A stretch of DNA of 64,000 nucleotides from an uncultured Verrucomicrobiae bacterium (GCA_963719495.1 CAVRCI010000013.1:672001-736000); one strand, 5' to 3'; counted from the stretch's first letter, positions 42,614 to 53,586 are shown. Notes: generated by a model not told the origin, from the sequence alone. Program-made: numbers and translations.

Positions 42614-43135
42614 ATGGCAAAAAATCTCTGGACCACGCAATTCCGTTCACTGCACGCAAAAGCGGTCGACCGCTTCGGTAAGGGTGAGCGGACGGCGGAC
42701 GATCTTTTCGACTCGGCGGAAACTGCATTCCTCGCGACCCTCGGGCTGAGACCGATTTTTCTGTTCGATCACGCGGAGGACCTTTGCGGGCGGGGGGCTC
42801 CGGACTACGACACTTCGCTGCTGATCGCATCGGCGCGACGGGATTATTTTCTGAATGTCCAGGGGGGGCACTGGACCAACCAGGGTTTTGACGTCGAGGG
42901 GTTGCCGGCCCGGGAGGATGAATACGACGGGATCGCGTGGTTGCCTCGGATCGTCCAGAAAGCCGAGGGTTTTCTTTCCGGAAATTTGCCCGCGGACATC
43001 ATGTATTTCTGCGGCGGCGACCGAAAATTTCTCGCCGAGCACGACGTTCACCCAGCGGATTTTCTGCGCGCGACGTGGGCGGAAGAGGGAAAAATCGACG
43101 GATTACGCGCATTTTTAAGGAAATTTGCCGCTTGA
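42614..43135 (+). CDS. DUF5069-like protein
   Basis: GIAWLPRI..KA..L.G.LP.DIMY.CGGDR.FL. Confidence 0.65.
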   Translation: MAKNLWTTQFRSLHAKAVDRFGKGERTADDLFDSAETAFLATLGLRPIFLFDHAEDLCGRGAPDYDTSLLIASARRDYFLNVQGGHWTNQGFDVEGLPAREDEYDGIAWLPRIVQKAEGFLSGNLPADIMYFCGGDRKFLAEHDVHPADFLRATWAEEGKIDGLRAFLRKFAA

Positions 43136-43299
43136 TCGAATAGGGGAATCTCCTAAAGCAATCCACAGGCGTAGCTTGCGGCAGGGCAATCATCGCCCTG
43201 ACAAAAGAAAACTCGCTCAACGCAAAACTTTTGCTTGTGAGCGGCCTGACTATTAATAATGTCAGAAGTCAATACAGTTAACCTAATCAGAAAAACCAT

Positions 43300-43888
43300 T
43301 ATGGCACTCAATCCAACCAACGAACTCAAAGAACTCCCCCGTTACGACCGACTCATCGAAGCGGCCCGCAAGCAGCCCGGTCTGAACCCCGACGCCTGCG
43401 AATTATTCCTCACGGTCGTTCGCACCGGCGATGCCGTCGCTGCGATCGAAGCTCAATACCTCTCGCGTCACGGCATCAGCCCGGGACGTTTCGCGGTGAT
43501 GATGCTCCTCTCGATGGAGGAGTGCGTGATGCTCAAGCCGAGTGAACTCGCCGAGTCGACGGGCGTGACCCGCGCGACGATGACGGGTCTCCTCGACACG
43601 CTCGAGCGCGACCGGATGGTCAAACGCTCCGCCGATCCGAAGGATCGCCGCGCCCTGCGAGTGAGCGCGACGCCCGAAGGCAAGGAGATCTTCCGCGAGC
43701 TGCTGCCCGGATACTTCAAGCTGGTGACCGCCATCCCGGCAGTGCTCAGCGACAAGGAGCGGTCGCAATACAACGCGCTCTCGAAGAAGATTCGCGACGG
43801 GCTCAAGTTGGTCGAGACGCAGGTCGGACGCGGTCGGGCCAACGGCAACGGCGCCGTGAACGGTGCCCGTGCGAGCCTCAATGCTTAA
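43300..43888 (+). CDS. MarR family transcriptional regulator
   Basis: PSELA...GVTRATMTGLLDTLE, DRR; alternative start 43259. Confidence 0.9.
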
Positions 43889-45008
43889 GCGGTTCCTCAT
43901 CATGCTGGGGACGGTCTTCGTGATCGTCCTCATCATCGGATTTTTCAAGTTCCGGCAGATCCAGGCCGGGATGGCGATGGGGGCGAAGTTCGCTCCGCCC
44001 CCGTCGGCCGTCTCGACCTTCTTGGTCGACCAGCAAGAGTGGCAGCCCACCCTGTCGGCGATCGGTACGGCCAACGCCGTGCAAGGCGTGATGGTGTCGT
44101 CCGACCTGCCGGGGATCGTCCGCGACATCACGTTCCAATCCGGGACGTCCGTCGAGAAGGGCCAGGAGCTCGCGAAGCTCGACACCACGCAGGAAGTCGC
44201 GCAGCTCAACGCCGCGAAGTCGCGTCAGGATCTGGCGAAGGTGAATCTCGGCCGCGTCCAGGGTCTGCTGAAGAAGCGGGTCGGCTCGCAGTCGGATTAC
44301 GACGCCGCCGCGGCCGAATACAAGCAAGCGTCCGCCGCGACGCGCGAGGTCGAGGCTTTGATCGAACGCAAGACGATCCGCGCTCCCTTCTCGGGCGTGC
44401 TCGGCATCCGGATGGTCGACCTGGGGCAATACCTCACCAGTGGCGACCAGGTCGTCCCGCTGCAATCGCTCGACCCGATCTACGTCGACTTCAGCCTTCC
44501 GCAGCAGTCGCTCGGCCAGCTCCAGCCCGGCCGCACCGTCGAAGTGCGGGCCGACGGCCTGCCCGACGACAAATTCTCCGGCGAGATCACCGCGATCGAC
44601 CCCAACGTCGACGCCACCACGCGCAACGTCCGAGTCCAGGCGACGCTGAAAAATCCCGACGGCAAATTGCGTTCCGGCATGTTCGTCAATACGTCGGTCC
44701 TCCTGCCCATCCGCGAATCCGTCGTGGCCATCCCCGCGTCGGCCATCGACTACGCGCCCTACGGCGATTCCGTTTTCATCGTCGAAGAGATCATTTCGGA
44801 GGAGGGCGAACCCTTCCTCGGAGTGCGTCAGCAGTTCGTGAAACTCGGAACCTCCCGCGGCGATCTCATCGAAGTGACCGAAGGCCTCGAGCCCGGTCAG
44901 GAGATCGTCAGCTCCGGCACGTTCAAGATCAAGGACGGCGCTCCGGTCAACGTGAACAACGACATCCAGCCCGGTGCCGAGCTCGCGCCGACCGTGACCG
45001 AGAGCTAA
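43881..45008 (+). CDS. RND efflux periplasmic adaptor
   Basis: N-terminal TM, lipoyl-like G.V..I.F.SG, IRAPFSG..G, LRSGMF. Confidence 0.9.
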   Translation: MLKRFLIMLGTVFVIVLIIGFFKFRQIQAGMAMGAKFAPPPSAVSTFLVDQQEWQPTLSAIGTANAVQGVMVSSDLPGIVRDITFQSGTSVEKGQELAKLDTTQEVAQLNAAKSRQDLAKVNLGRVQGLLKKRVGSQSDYDAAAAEYKQASAATREVEALIERKTIRAPFSGVLGIRMVDLGQYLTSGDQVVPLQSLDPIYVDFSLPQQSLGQLQPGRTVEVRADGLPDDKFSGEITAIDPNVDATTRNVRVQATLKNPDGKLRSGMFVNTSVLLPIRESVVAIPASAIDYAPYGDSVFIVEEIISEEGEPFLGVRQQFVKLGTSRGDLIEVTEGLEPGQEIVSSGTFKIKDGAPVNVNNDIQPGAELAPTVTES

Positions 45009-45012
45009 GCGC

Positions 45013-48000
45013 ATGAGATTCACCGACCTGTTCGTCAAGCGGCCCGTCCTGGCGATCGTCGTCAATCTCGTGATCCTGATCGCCGGCTTCACGGCGATCC
45101 AGTCGCTGAACGTCCGCCAATATCCGCGCAGCGACATTTCGGTCGTCACCGTCACGACCGTCTACGTCGGCGCGAATGCCGACCTCGTCCGCGGCTACAT
45201 CACGACGCCGCTCGAGCGCGTGATCGCCAGCGCCGACGGGATCGATTACATGGATTCGTCCAGCGCGCAGGGCGTCAGCACGATCTCCGTCCACCTCGAG
45301 CTGAACTACGACACCAACGCCGCGCTCACCCAGATCCAAGCCAAGATCGCGCAGGTCCGCAACGACCTCCCGCCCGAAGCCGAGGCTCCGACGGTCGAAG
45401 TCGAGAACGCCGACGACCGGTTTGCGTCGATGTATTTGAGCTTCTCGTCGACCGAACTCGACTCGAATCAGATCACCGATTTCCTGACCCGCGTCGTCCA
45501 GCCCAAGCTCACCGCCGTCGCTGGCGTCCAGCGAGCCGACATCCTGGGAGCGCGGAATTTCGCGATGCGCATCTGGCTCGATCCGCAGAAGATGGCGGCC
45601 TACGGGCTCTCGCCCACCGAGATCCGCGACGCCCTCTCGTCGAACAATTACCTCTCCGCCATCGGACGCACCAAGGGCTCGATGATCTCGGTGAACCTGG
45701 TCGCGAACACCGACCTCACCTCCGAGGCGGAGTTTCAGCAACTCGTCGTCAGCGAGCAGGACGGCGTGATCGTGCGCCTCGGCGACGTCGCCAAGGTCGA
45801 ACTCGGAGCCGAGAGCTACGATGAAGACGTCCGCTTCGACGACAAGGCCGCCACCTTCATCGGCATCTGGGCGCTACCCACCGCGAACAGCCTCGACGTC
45901 ATTCAGCGCGTGCGCCTCGCGCTGCCCGCGATCGAAAAATCCCTCCCGCCCGGGATCGAGCTGAGCATTCCCTACGACTCGACGAAATACATTCAGAACG
46001 CCATCGAGGACGTCATCAAGACCCTCGGCGAGACGTTGCTCATCGTCATCATCGTCATCTTTCTCTTCCTCGGTTCCCTGCGCTCGGTGCTCATCCCCGT
46101 CGTCGCGATCCCGATCTCGCTCGTTGGCGCGGTGTTTCTCATGCTCATCGCGGGATTCACGATCAATCTGCTCACGCTACTGGCCATCGTCCTCGCCGTC
46201 GGACTCGTGGTCGACGACGCCATCGTCGTCGTGGAAAACGTCGAGCGGCATTTGCAGAACGGCATGTCCGGGTTCGACGCGGCCATTCGCGGAGCGCGGG
46301 AATTGTTCACGCCGATCATCGCGATGACGGTGACCCTCGCCGCCGTCTACACGCCGGTCGGACTGCAGGGCGGATTGACGGGCGCGCTCTTCCGCGAGTT
46401 TGCCTTCACGCTCGCGGGCGCGGTCCTCATCTCCGGCGTCGTCGCGGTGACGCTGTCGCCGATGATGTCGTCCAAGCTCCTGCGCAAGGGTGACTCCGAG
46501 CGCGGATTCGCCGGTTGGGTGAATCGCCGACTGAACTGGGTGCGGGAAAAATACCTGAAGCTGCTCGCCGGCTCGCTGAACTATCGCCCCGTCGTCTACA
46601 CGCTCTGGATCATCGTGATGCTGCTCGGCGTCGTGTTTTTCCTGTTCGTGAATCTGTTCAAGGAACTCGCGCCCAAGGAGGATCAGGGCATCGTCTTCGG
46701 AATCGTGCAGACCGCCGCCACCGCGACGCTGGATCAGGTGTCGCTCTACACCAAAAGCGTCTACGATGTCTTCGCGTCGTTCCCGGAGACGGACCACGTC
46801 TTCCAGCGCACCGGCCCGGGCGGCGGGTTCTCCGGCATGGTGACCAAGCCCTGGAGCGAACGCGACACCGACACCGAGACACTGCAATTCGCCGCCAACG
46901 CCGGAATCGCCAAGATCCCCGGCGTCCAGGTCTTCGTCACCACACCGCCGCCGCTCCCGGGCGGTAGTCAATTTCCCGTCGAGTTCGTCATCTCGTCGAC
47001 GGCGGAGCCCGAAGATCTCTTCAAGATCGGCCAGGAACTCGAGAAAGAAGCCATGGCCAGCGGCCTCTTCATCTTCACCAACCTCGACCTCAAATACGAC
47101 CAACCGCTCACCGAGATCGTCTTCGACCGTGACAAGGTGGCCGCGCTCGGCCTCGACCTCCGACAGGTCGGCGCCGACCTCGGCACGATGGTCGGCGGCA
47201 ACTACGTCAACCGCTTCCAGATCCAGGGCCGGAGTTACAAGGTGATCCCGCAGGTGACCCGCGAGAGCCGCTTGAATTCGAATCAACTGCTCGACTACTA
47301 CGTGAGCGGCCCGAACGGAAATCTCGTCCAGTTGGCAACCTTCGCGAGCTTGAAAACCAGCACCGAGCCGCGCGAGATCAAGCGTTTCCAGCAATTGAAC
47401 TCCGTGACGCTCGCCGGCGGCGTGCGTCCGGGCGCCACGGTCGACGAAGCGCTCACCTTCCTCGAAGGCAAGTGCGCCGAGATCCTGCCAGCCGGCTACG
47501 TCATCGATTACGCCGGCGAGTCGCGGCAGCTGCGCGTCGAGGGCAGCAAATTTCTGCCGATGTTCGCCCTCTCGTTCATCCTGATTTTCCTGGTGCTCGC
47601 CGCTCAGTTCGAGAGCTTCCGCGATCCGTTCATTATCCTCTTCGGCTCGGTGCCGCTGGCGCTTGCGGGTGCTTTGCTCTTCCCATTCCTCGGGTTCACG
47701 ACGCTCAACGTTTACAGTCAGGTCGGCTTGATCACGCTCGTCGGTCTGGTCTCGAAGAACGGCATTCTGATCGTGGAATTTGCGAACCAGCTCCAGCTCG
47801 AGGGCAGGGACAAGCTCACGGCCATCATCGAGGCCTCCGGCACGCGGCTGCGACCGATCCTCATGACGTCCGTCGCCACGGTCGCCGGGCATTTTCCATT
47901 GATCCTCGCCAGTGGCCCGGGAGCGGGCGCGCGCAACAGCATTGGTTGGGTGCTCGTGACTGGCATGGTGATCGGCACGGCCTTCACGCTCTTCGTCGTG

Positions 48001-48111
48001 CCGTCGATCTACATGCTGATCGCCCGGGATCGTCGAAACGACCGCCAGGAAGGGGGGCGCGCGCGTGAATTGGAGCCCCGCCCGTCGGCTCCGGCAGCCG
48101 TCCCGGCGTAG
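45013..48111 (+). CDS. RND efflux permease (AcrB/MexW-like)
   Basis: FVKRPVLA, GLVVDDAIVVVEN, KNGILIVEFA, RLRPILMT; 1032 aa. Confidence 0.95.
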   Translation: MRFTDLFVKRPVLAIVVNLVILIAGFTAIQSLNVRQYPRSDISVVTVTTVYVGANADLVRGYITTPLERVIASADGIDYMDSSSAQGVSTISVHLELNYDTNAALTQIQAKIAQVRNDLPPEAEAPTVEVENADDRFASMYLSFSSTELDSNQITDFLTRVVQPKLTAVAGVQRADILGARNFAMRIWLDPQKMAAYGLSPTEIRDALSSNNYLSAIGRTKGSMISVNLVANTDLTSEAEFQQLVVSEQDGVIVRLGDVAKVELGAESYDEDVRFDDKAATFIGIWALPTANSLDVIQRVRLALPAIEKSLPPGIELSIPYDSTKYIQNAIEDVIKTLGETLLIVIIVIFLFLGSLRSVLIPVVAIPISLVGAVFLMLIAGFTINLLTLLAIVLAVGLVVDDAIVVVENVERHLQNGMSGFDAAIRGARELFTPIIAMTVTLAAVYTPVGLQGGLTGALFREFAFTLAGAVLISGVVAVTLSPMMSSKLLRKGDSERGFAGWVNRRLNWVREKYLKLLAGSLNYRPVVYTLWIIVMLLGVVFFLFVNLFKELAPKEDQGIVFGIVQTAATATLDQVSLYTKSVYDVFASFPETDHVFQRTGPGGGFSGMVTKPWSERDTDTETLQFAANAGIAKIPGVQVFVTTPPPLPGGSQFPVEFVISSTAEPEDLFKIGQELEKEAMASGLFIFTNLDLKYDQPLTEIVFDRDKVAALGLDLRQVGADLGTMVGGNYVNRFQIQGRSYKVIPQVTRESRLNSNQLLDYYVSGPNGNLVQLATFASLKTSTEPREIKRFQQLNSVTLAGGVRPGATVDEALTFLEGKCAEILPAGYVIDYAGESRQLRVEGSKFLPMFALSFILIFLVLAAQFESFRDPFIILFGSVPLALAGALLFPFLGFTTLNVYSQVGLITLVGLVSKNGILIVEFANQLQLEGRDKLTAIIEASGTRLRPILMTSVATVAGHFPLILASGPGAGARNSIGWVLVTGMVIGTAFTLFVVPSIYMLIARDRRNDRQEGGRARELEPRPSAPAAVPA

Positions 48112-48133
48112 GCCGGGTGCGGGGAAAGAGGAG

Positions 48134-48205
48134 AGCCGGTTGTCGGACTCGAACCGACGACCAGCTGATTACAAATCAGCTGCTCTACCACTGAGCTAAA
48201 CCGGC
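48134..48205 (-). tRNA. tRNA-Thr(TGT)
   Basis: GCCGGTTTAGCTCAGTGGTAGAGCAGCTGATTTGTAATCAGCTGGTCGTCGGTTCGAGTCCGACAACCGGCT; CCA not encoded. Confidence 0.95.
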
Positions 48206-48565
48206 GACAGCAGCCCATGATCTACCGCCGTCCAGCGCATCGGGCGAGGCGAATTTTATCGGAGATCTGGATGATTGGTTCTCATAACAAATCGCACGAT
48301 GAACCCAACCGTGGCTGTAGCGGCGGTCTATGACCGCCGGCGGCCTGGCAAGAGGGGAAGATTCAATTGTCGCGGAAATCAGCGGGAGTCCACTGATCTT
48401 CGAGATTTGGTATCACGCGGATGCTCGGCGGCGCCGAGATCCGGATAACCGGATAACGGGTGCATTTCTCCGAGCCTCCGCGCTTCCGCGTAAGAAAAGT
48501 ATTCCAACCATCCCTTCCCCCTTTCCCGGTCGATCTCATGTGGTAGATTTCCGACCCTTCGATAT

Positions 48566-49540
48566 ATGGCAGCTCAGTTCCGCGACTATTACCAAACTCT
48601 CGGCGTTTCCAAGACGGCGAGTCAGGACGAAATCAAAAGCGCCTTCCGCAAACTCGCGCGCAAGCACCACCCCGACACGGCGACCGACAAAGCGTCGGCG
48701 GAGGAGAAATTCAAGGGCATCAACGAGGCTTACGAAGTGCTCGGCGATCCGGACAAACGAAAAAAATACGACGAATACGGCCAGCACTGGGAGCGCGCGG
48801 GCGCGGGTGGGGGCGGATTCCCGGGCGGCGGCGGACGCGGGGCGGCGGGCGGCGGATTCGACTTCGGCGGCGGCGGCGGCGGCGGCGCGGGAGTGGATTA
48901 CGAATTCGGCGGAACGGGGTTCAGCGATTTCTTCGAGCAGATGTTTGGGGCTCGTCGATCGGGCGGGCGTTCCGCTGGCGCCGGGATGGGCGGTTTCGAA
49001 AGTGCCTACGGCGGCGGTCCGCGGAAAGGGGCCGACGTGGAGGCCGACGTGATGGTGACCCTGGAGGAGGCATTCGAGGGGGCATCCCGGCAGATCAGCT
49101 TGCGGCGCGGCGACGCGAAGGACGTGCAGACTTACAACATCAAGATTCCCAAGGGCGTGCGGGACGGGCAGCGGATCCGGCTGGCGGGTCAGGGCAGCCC
49201 CGGGACGGGCGGCGGAGCGACGGGGGATCTGTTTCTGCGGATGAAGCTGCAGAAGCACCCTTATTTCGACGTCGATGGCAGCGATCTAAGGGTCGAGGCG
49301 GAAGTGCCGGCGTGGACGTGCGCGCTCGGTGGCGAGGTCGAGGTCCGGACGCTGGAAGGTCGGGCGAAGCTGCGGCTCAAACCCGGCACGCCGAACGGAA
49401 CAAAGATGCGGCTGGGTGGGAGAGGTTTCCCCAGGACGGATGGGACGCGTGGCGACTTATTCGTGCGCGTGGCGGTGATGATTCCCACGTCGATTTCGGA
49501 TGAAGAGCGCAAGCATTGGGAAGCACTGGCAGGACAGTGA
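48566..49540 (+). CDS. DnaJ-class chaperone (CbpA-like, no zinc finger)
   Basis: J domain with HPD, G/F-rich linker, DnaJ C-terminal domain. Confidence 0.9.
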   Translation: MAAQFRDYYQTLGVSKTASQDEIKSAFRKLARKHHPDTATDKASAEEKFKGINEAYEVLGDPDKRKKYDEYGQHWERAGAGGGGFPGGGGRGAAGGGFDFGGGGGGGAGVDYEFGGTGFSDFFEQMFGARRSGGRSAGAGMGGFESAYGGGPRKGADVEADVMVTLEEAFEGASRQISLRRGDAKDVQTYNIKIPKGVRDGQRIRLAGQGSPGTGGGATGDLFLRMKLQKHPYFDVDGSDLRVEAEVPAWTCALGGEVEVRTLEGRAKLRLKPGTPNGTKMRLGGRGFPRTDGTRGDLFVRVAVMIPTSISDEERKHWEALAGQ

Positions 49541-49579
49541 GGAGGGACCTGGCGGCGCAAGCCGCCCCGTCGAAGAGAA

Positions 49580-50558
49580 GGGTAGGGAATCCGCGCCGCC
49601 GGGTTGCCATTTTGGTTACGGGTGGTTGGGGGCTTTCGGAGCGTTTTCGGTAGGCTCGGGGGTGCGCGGCAGGGCGGAGCGCCGGGGTGGTTCGGGCGGG
49701 CGGTGGTGATGGTCACGGAACCCGGGGCCCGGCTTCCCTACCCGTATTGGACGAGGGCGCGGCTTCGCCGCGAGGAGGCGATCTTCGTGGAAGAGAAGCC
49801 GTTGCCCAGCGGCGGTCGGCGCGTGAGCGCCATCGTTGGGAGGGTAGGGAATCTGCGCCGCCGGGTTGCCATTTTGGTTACTGGTGGTTGGGGGCTTTCG
49901 GAGCGTTTTCGGTAGGCTCGGGGGTGCGCGGCAGGGCGGAGCGCCGGGGTGGTTCGGGCGGGCGGTGGTGATGGTCACGGAACCCGGGGCCCGGCTTCCC
50001 TACCCGTATTGGACGAGGGCGCGGCTTTGCCGCGAGGAGGCGATCTTCGTGGAAGAGAAGCCGTTGCCCAGCGGCGGTCGGCGCGTGAGCGCCATCGTTG
50101 GGAGGGTAGGGAATCCGCGCCGCCGGGTTGCCATTTTGGTTACTGGTGGTTGGGGGCTTTCGGAGCGTTTTCGGTAGGCTCGGGGGTGCGCGGCAGGGCG
50201 GAGCGCCGGGGTGGTTCGGGCGGGCGGTGGTGATGGTCACGGAACCCGGGGCCCGGCTTCCCTACCCGTTTTGGACGAGGGCGCGGCTTCGCCGCGAGGA
50301 GGCGATCTTCGTGGAAGAGAAGCCGTTGCCCAGCGGCGGTCGGCGCGTGAGCGCCATCGTTGGGAGGGTAGGGAATCCGCGCCGCCGGGTTCGCATTTTG
50401 GTTACGGGTGGTTGGGGGCTTTCGGAGCGTTTTCGGTAGGCTCGGGGATGCGCGGCAGGGCGGAGCGCCGGGGTGGTTCGGGCGGGTGGTGGTGATGGTC
50501 ACGGAACCCGGGGCCCGGCTTCCCTACCCGTTTTGGACGAGGGCGCGGCTTCGCCGCG
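49580..50558. repeat. 262-bp tandem array (~3.7 units) built on inverted GTAG-type REP pairs
   Basis: Units start 49580, 49842, 50104, 50366; each has GGGTAGGGAA...TTCCCTACCC; extra REP at ~50659-50682. Confidence 0.95.
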
Positions 50559-50682
50559 TTTCGTGACTGTATGCGGTTGGCTTGCGGGTGAACGCTGTCG
50601 CGCTGGCACAGCCAGCCTCAAGCTTTGGAGAACGCAACCGGTGACCAAAACTAGGATCGCGGCGGCGCGGCTTCCCTACCCG

Positions 50683-50952
50683 CTAACGCCCGCGGACCTT
50701 TTCCTTTTTGGCTTCGGACTCGTCTTCCAGGCGGCCGATTTCGCTGGTGAGCTGCTTTTGAAGCATTTCGGTTTCGGCGGGGTTGCCGGCGGCTTTGGTC
50801 ATTTCGCCTTCGAGGAAGACTCGGCGCTCGGCGACTTTGCTTCGGTAGAGGTTGTCGATTTCGGCGATTTCGGCGCGCTGGGCGTCGGATAATTTGGCAA
50901 CCGGGGCCTCGGCGTCGAGGCGGCTCATGGCGATTTCGTAAGCGGATTTCAT
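50683..50952 (-). CDS. Small helical hypothetical protein
   Basis: MKSAYEIAMSRL...AEID..Y..K.AE, coiled-coil pattern. Confidence 0.7.
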   Translation of the reverse strand: MKSAYEIAMSRLDAEAPVAKLSDAQRAEIAEIDNLYRSKVAERRVFLEGEMTKAAGNPAETEMLQKQLTSEIGRLEDESEAKKEKVRGR

Positions 50953-51036
50953 GGACGGGAAGCAGAACAGAGTGGGCGGAAAATGGGAACCGTTTCGCTC
51001 TTGTCGGATGCGGGAGCGCTGCGAAGAGTGACGGCC

Positions 51037-51819
51037 ATGAGCGAGCGGATACGATTGATCAGCACGGATTTCGACGGGACCCTGATCGTGCACCCAGCCG
51101 ATTTGACGTGCGGTGAGGAATTGGCGGCGGCGCTGACCGCCTTCAAGGCCGGCGGCGGATTGTGGGCGGTGAATACGGGGCGCTCCCTGGCGCACGCCAT
51201 CGAGGGGCTGGAGGTTTTCGGGGCCCCGGTCGAGCCGGACTTCATCCTGACGAACGAGCGGGACATTCATCTTCCCGGGACGGCTGGCGGCTGGGATCCG
51301 CTCGAGCCTTGGGTGACGACGTGCCGGGAGCGGCACGCGGAGCTGTTCGAGAGCTCGGGCGCGATCTTCGATCAAATTTTGGAGCGGGTGGAGAAATCAC
51401 CGGACGTGACGGTGATTCGCGAGGGCGGGCTGCCGGTCGGGTTGATCACGACCGACGAGGCCGCGATGGAGGAGGTGACGGCCAGCCTGACCGCGGTGCA
51501 GCGGGCTTTCCCGGAGTTTAGTTATCAGCGCAACACGATCTACCTGCGGTTCTGCCACGTGGACTACCACAAGGGCGCGGCGTTGGCGGAACTCTGCCGT
51601 CACGTCGGCGTCAGCGCGGCCGAGACGTTCGCGGCGGGGGATCATTTCAACGATCTTTCGATGCTCAGCGAAGCGGTGGCGGGTGTCGTGGCGTGCCCGA
51701 GTAACGCGATCGCCGAGGTGAAATCGGTGGTGTCGTGGCAGGGCGGATTTGTCGCCGAGCGGGAAGGTGGATTGGGGATGGCGGATGCGCTGAATGCGCG
51801 GGTTCTGGGGACGGGGTGA
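51037..51819 (+). CDS. HAD-IIB family hydrolase
   Basis: TDFDGT, NTGR, KG.AL, GDHFNDLSML. Confidence 0.9.
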   Translation: MSERIRLISTDFDGTLIVHPADLTCGEELAAALTAFKAGGGLWAVNTGRSLAHAIEGLEVFGAPVEPDFILTNERDIHLPGTAGGWDPLEPWVTTCRERHAELFESSGAIFDQILERVEKSPDVTVIREGGLPVGLITTDEAAMEEVTASLTAVQRAFPEFSYQRNTIYLRFCHVDYHKGAALAELCRHVGVSAAETFAAGDHFNDLSMLSEAVAGVVACPSNAIAEVKSVVSWQGGFVAEREGGLGMADALNARVLGTG

Positions 51820-52022
51820 GGCGGTGTCGCGTCGAGCGGGGTGGTGGGCCGCTGATGCCAGGTGGTATCAAGGATTGGACTCACGCGAAGGCGCGAAGGG
51901 GTGCCTTTGTATCCTTCGCGGCTCCGCGTGACCATCGGGACGTTTTTTTCTGGTGGTGCGGTTTGCGCCGTCCGCTCGCAAAGGCGGCTCGATGCGTTTG
52001 CGGACGGTTTTGAAGTGTGGGT

Positions 52023-52052
52023 CAGAGATGCTTCACTTCGTTCAGCATGACA
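52023..52052. repeat. REP-like repeat GAT(G/T)CTTC.CT.CG.TCAG.ATGACA
   Basis: Copies at ~52023, 52807, 58541; latter two share upstream GCGAATGCAGTGTAAGCCA. Confidence 0.75.
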
Positions 52053-52093
52053 GATTTTAGGGGGGCGCTTCGCGGTCTGGGGTGCTGCGTAGA

Positions 52094-52130
52094 CAAAAAA
52101 AAGCCGCGCCCGGGGTCCGGGCGCGGCGGT
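52094..52130 (-). terminator. Intrinsic terminator for 52155-52643
   Basis: A8 + GCCGCGCCCGG-GGT-CCGGGCGCGGC. Confidence 0.8.
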
Positions 52131-52154
52131 TGAAATGACTTTTTTGTTTGGGTG

Positions 52155-52643
52155 TTAGGCGGCGAGAGCGTAGCGGGCTTCGCCCACTTTGCTGATACCT
52201 TCGACTTTCTTGCCGGTGGTGCTGAACCAGACGTGAACGTTCTGGTTCTTGACGCCGAGCTTCTCGGAGATGTCCTTGACGGCCATTCCTTCAGGACCAG
52301 CGGACTGCAGGAGGCCGGTGATCTGCTCTTTCATCGCGCCGCGCTTGCTGCCCTTGGCCCGGGGGGCGCGGGGCTTCTTCGCCGCTTTCGGTGCGTCGGC
52401 ATCTGGCTCGGAGGAGCCATTCGTGGCGGCTTTGGGAGCGTTCTTCGAGCCGGGCTTGCGGCCGCGGCGCTTGCCGGGAGCCTTGGGGGCCGCGGCGGTT
52501 TTCGTTCCGCGAGGGAGCTTGCCGCTGGAGAGCGCGGCGATCTGTGAATCGACGGCGGCGACCTGCTCCATGAGGTTTTCGCGGGTTTCGCTGAGTTTGA
52601 GGAATTCCCGAATGAGTGCGGGATCAATTTTTGTGAAGTCCAT
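52155..52643 (-). CDS. Lys/Arg-rich putative nucleoid-associated DNA-binding protein
   Basis: N-terminal coiled coil, KRRGRKPG basic linker, C-terminal wHTH-like domain. Confidence 0.7.
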   Translation of the reverse strand: MDFTKIDPALIREFLKLSETRENLMEQVAAVDSQIAALSSGKLPRGTKTAAAPKAPGKRRGRKPGSKNAPKAATNGSSEPDADAPKAAKKPRAPRAKGSKRGAMKEQITGLLQSAGPEGMAVKDISEKLGVKNQNVHVWFSTTGKKVEGISKVGEARYALAA

Positions 52644-52860
52644 AAGGCCTAAGCTAAATAGCGCTTGGCTTGCGCTTGCAAGAGAAAGTTTGCGAAAAAC
52701 TAATTTTATTTTGAGGGTGGTTTTGGCGTTTGCTTGAAAAATGACGGGACGGTCGGAGCGAAACGGCGCTGGCTTTTGATCCAAGTGCGAATGCAGTGTA
52801 AGCCACGGATTCTTCACTTCGTTCAGAATGACAGGTTGGGAAGATTGCAAATAGCGGTTC

Positions 52861-53586
52861 ATGGCAGGCGAAAAACGGGAGGGAAATGGAGGTCTCGAGT
52901 CCGCGTGGCAAAGCCGCCGGATCGGTTCGGTCGAATGCCGTTCGGGCGACGTTCTGGTCTGGTGGGTCGACCGTGAAAGCGCCATTTGCGGCGACCTGAC
53001 TTCGGCCGAGGAGGCCGAATACTCTGGATTCGTCGCCGGGCCGGTGCGCGAGACGTGGCGTCGGTCGCGGATGGCGGTGCGGTCGATTCTTTCGGGTCTG
53101 GCGAAGGTTGATCCGGTCGATTTGACGATCGAGCGGGGCGGGGCGGGTAAACCATTTGTCGCGGGGGGGGAGTTGGAGTTCAGTCTCTCGCATTCCGGCG
53201 GGCAGATCGTGGTGGCGGTCGGTCGGCGGGCTGTCGGGGTGGACGTCGAAGCCGGTGACCGGGAACGACCTTGGTTGGAGCTGGCGCGACGTTATTTTCC
53301 GCCGGCGGAAGCGGAGGCGCTGGCGGCTCTGCCGCCGGGCGAGCGGCGGGCGGAATTCCTGCGGATGTGGGTTGGCAAGGAGGCCGCTTTGAAGTGTCTG
53401 GGGACGGGGCTGGCGGGGTATTTGGAGCGGGCGGTATGCCGTCGTGTGGGCGGGGACGTGCGCGGGGTCGGCGTGGACTCGCGCGAGCTGGCGGTGGTGG
53501 GATTTCACCTCCCCGATGGGTCGCCGGGGGCGGTGGCCTGGGAGGGGGGGGCGCGGCGGGTTCGGCTTTTGCGGCCCGTTTGGTGA
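52861..53586 (+). CDS. 4'-phosphopantetheinyl transferase (Sfp type)
   Basis: GKP, FSLSHSG, VGVDVE, W..KEAALK..G.GL; start uncertain. Confidence 0.9.
   Translation: MAGEKREGNGGLESAWQSRRIGSVECRSGDVLVWWVDRESAICGDLTSAEEAEYSGFVAGPVRETWRRSRMAVRSILSGLAKVDPVDLTIERGGAGKPFVAGGELEFSLSHSGGQIVVAVGRRAVGVDVEAGDRERPWLELARRYFPPAEAEALAALPPGERRAEFLRMWVGKEAALKCLGTGLAGYLERAVCRRVGGDVRGVGVDSRELAVVGFHLPDGSPGAVAWEGGARRVRLLRPVW

Noticed and set aside
49580..50558. CRISPR array, or coding repeats (the 94-120 aa ORFs)
   Set aside because: Whole 262-bp units repeat with no unique spacers and no cas genes; the unit is not a multiple of 3 and the ORFs are low-complexity.
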